26,330 bases of DNA, from the IMG/VR virus record IMGVR_UViG_3300009180_000191, positions 1-26,330 of that record; one strand, written 5' to 3'. Shown here piece by piece: positions 25,811 to 26,330 of the stretch (its first letter is position 1; every line of letters begins with the position of its first letter). The notes under the pieces are model-generated. The model worked only from the letters and a program-made list of their open reading frames with translations. It was not told the origin of the DNA and did not search any database. The position numbers and the translations under genes are program-made. Source of the DNA: a virus (lineage: Duplodnaviria; Caudoviricetes).

Positions 25811-25822
25811 TTCAGTTCCTTG

Positions 25823-25984
25823 TTATTTTCCCGTAATCCAACTCGGTTGCTTTCTTTCCAGACACGCTTGGCAGCGCCACGATTTGATCCTCCCGCCTCG
25901 ACCCTTGGAAACTAGCTTCACGCCCTCAGTAATCTGGCATGACCCGCAGAGGCCCGGCTTCCTTTCTTTCGGTTCTTTATTCAT
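25823..25984 (-). CDS. Small Zn-finger protein (53 aa)
   Basis: Start moved to ATG 25984 (TAATG overlap); CGSC...CQAC; basic. Confidence 0.65.
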   Translation of the reverse strand: MNKEPKERKPGLCGSCQITEGVKLVSKGRGGRIKSWRCQACLERKQPSWITGK

Positions 25985-26127
25985 TACCATGCTCCCGTAA
26001 ATATTCCAACCACGACCACTCCCGCTCCGGTCAAGATTCCCTGCGCCCACATCCAAGTTTTCCACATGAGGAAGTCTTTCTCCGTGTACACGCAGCACTC
26101 GCCCTGCACTGCATTTTTTTTAGTCAT
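25984..26127 (-). CDS. Small membrane protein (47 aa)
   Basis: Start moved to ATG 26127 (ATGA overlap); C-terminal hydrophobic helix 'WMWAQGILTGAGVVVVGIFTGAW'. Confidence 0.55.
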   Translation of the reverse strand: MTKKNAVQGECCVYTEKDFLMWKTWMWAQGILTGAGVVVVGIFTGAW

Positions 26128-26207
26128 GTGAACAGAGAAAGATAACTTATGATTGTTAGGCACAGGACAAACATCAGCCACAACGCCCAATCGGGCCACG
26201 GGTTCAC
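26124..26207 (-). CDS. Single-TM micro-protein (27 aa)
   Basis: Read manually: GTG start, MNPWPDWALWLMFVLCLTIISYLSLFT; coupled by GTGA and ATGA overlaps on both sides; GAGGGG SD. Confidence 0.5.
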   Translation of the reverse strand: MNPWPDWALWLMFVLCLTIISYLSLFT

Positions 26208-26257
26208 TTGTCCCCCTCGCGTATGGGGGCGCTCTCGTTCAGGGTGGGGGCGCTCAT
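26204..26257 (-). CDS. 17-codon coupled mini-ORF
   Basis: MSAPTLNESAPIREGDK; ATGA overlap upstream and GTGA overlap downstream. Confidence 0.3.
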   Translation of the reverse strand: MSAPTLNESAPIREGDK

Positions 26258-26330
26258 ACCGGAGTCACCGGCTGGCAGAACTTGCGGATCATGTCTTTGT
26301 AGCAAGTCATGCAGTAATCCCCCTCTAACT
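26254..26330 (-). CDS. 3' end of a Cys-containing hypothetical protein (starts outside the window)
   Basis: ...LEGDYCMTCYKDMIRKFCQPVTPV*; CxxC; stop overlaps next ATG. Confidence 0.45.
   Translation of the reverse strand, partial: LEGDYCMTCYKDMIRKFCQPVTPV

Noticed and set aside
66-26145. Numerous plus-strand ORFs in the track (e.g. 2859-3626, 8244-9098, 9266-10114, 13739-14515, 23471-24247)
   Set aside because: All are antisense shadows of well-supported, tightly packed minus-strand genes, with no recognisable motifs.
1-26330. Alternative genetic code or stop-codon readthrough
   Set aside because: Standard code gives full-length genes with dense packing; TAA, TAG and TGA all act as stops.

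Overview
The window is part of a tailed dsDNA phage genome (Caudoviricetes, podovirus-like: long portal, no tape-measure or tail-tube gene in view). All credible genes are on the minus strand. In transcription order (right to left): a chain of translationally coupled micro-ORFs, a candidate promoter with a structured leader, TerS, TerL, a ~2575-aa multidomain protein inserted between TerL and portal, portal, two small proteins, a GroES-like co-chaperonin, a scaffold-like protein, a conserved protein, a head-decoration protein, the major capsid protein, further virion proteins including four small basic ones, a head-tail adaptor-like protein, two tail-fibre proteins, a small holin-like membrane protein and a truncated secreted Cys-rich protein. 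The most striking signal is a short motif, about [M/F/Y/L/K]-[A/K]-x-G-G-x-[V/I]. It occurs ~14 times in the giant protein, at the boundaries of its apparent domains (three ADP-ribosyltransferase-like, ParB-like, PcfJ-like, HhH-glycosylase-like, a beta-strand module). It occurs ~14 more times in a Lys/Gly/Met-rich 405-aa protein and in two small basic proteins. I infer a di-glycine-delimited polyprotein or virion-cargo system. All family assignments come from motif recognition by eye; no searches were run.
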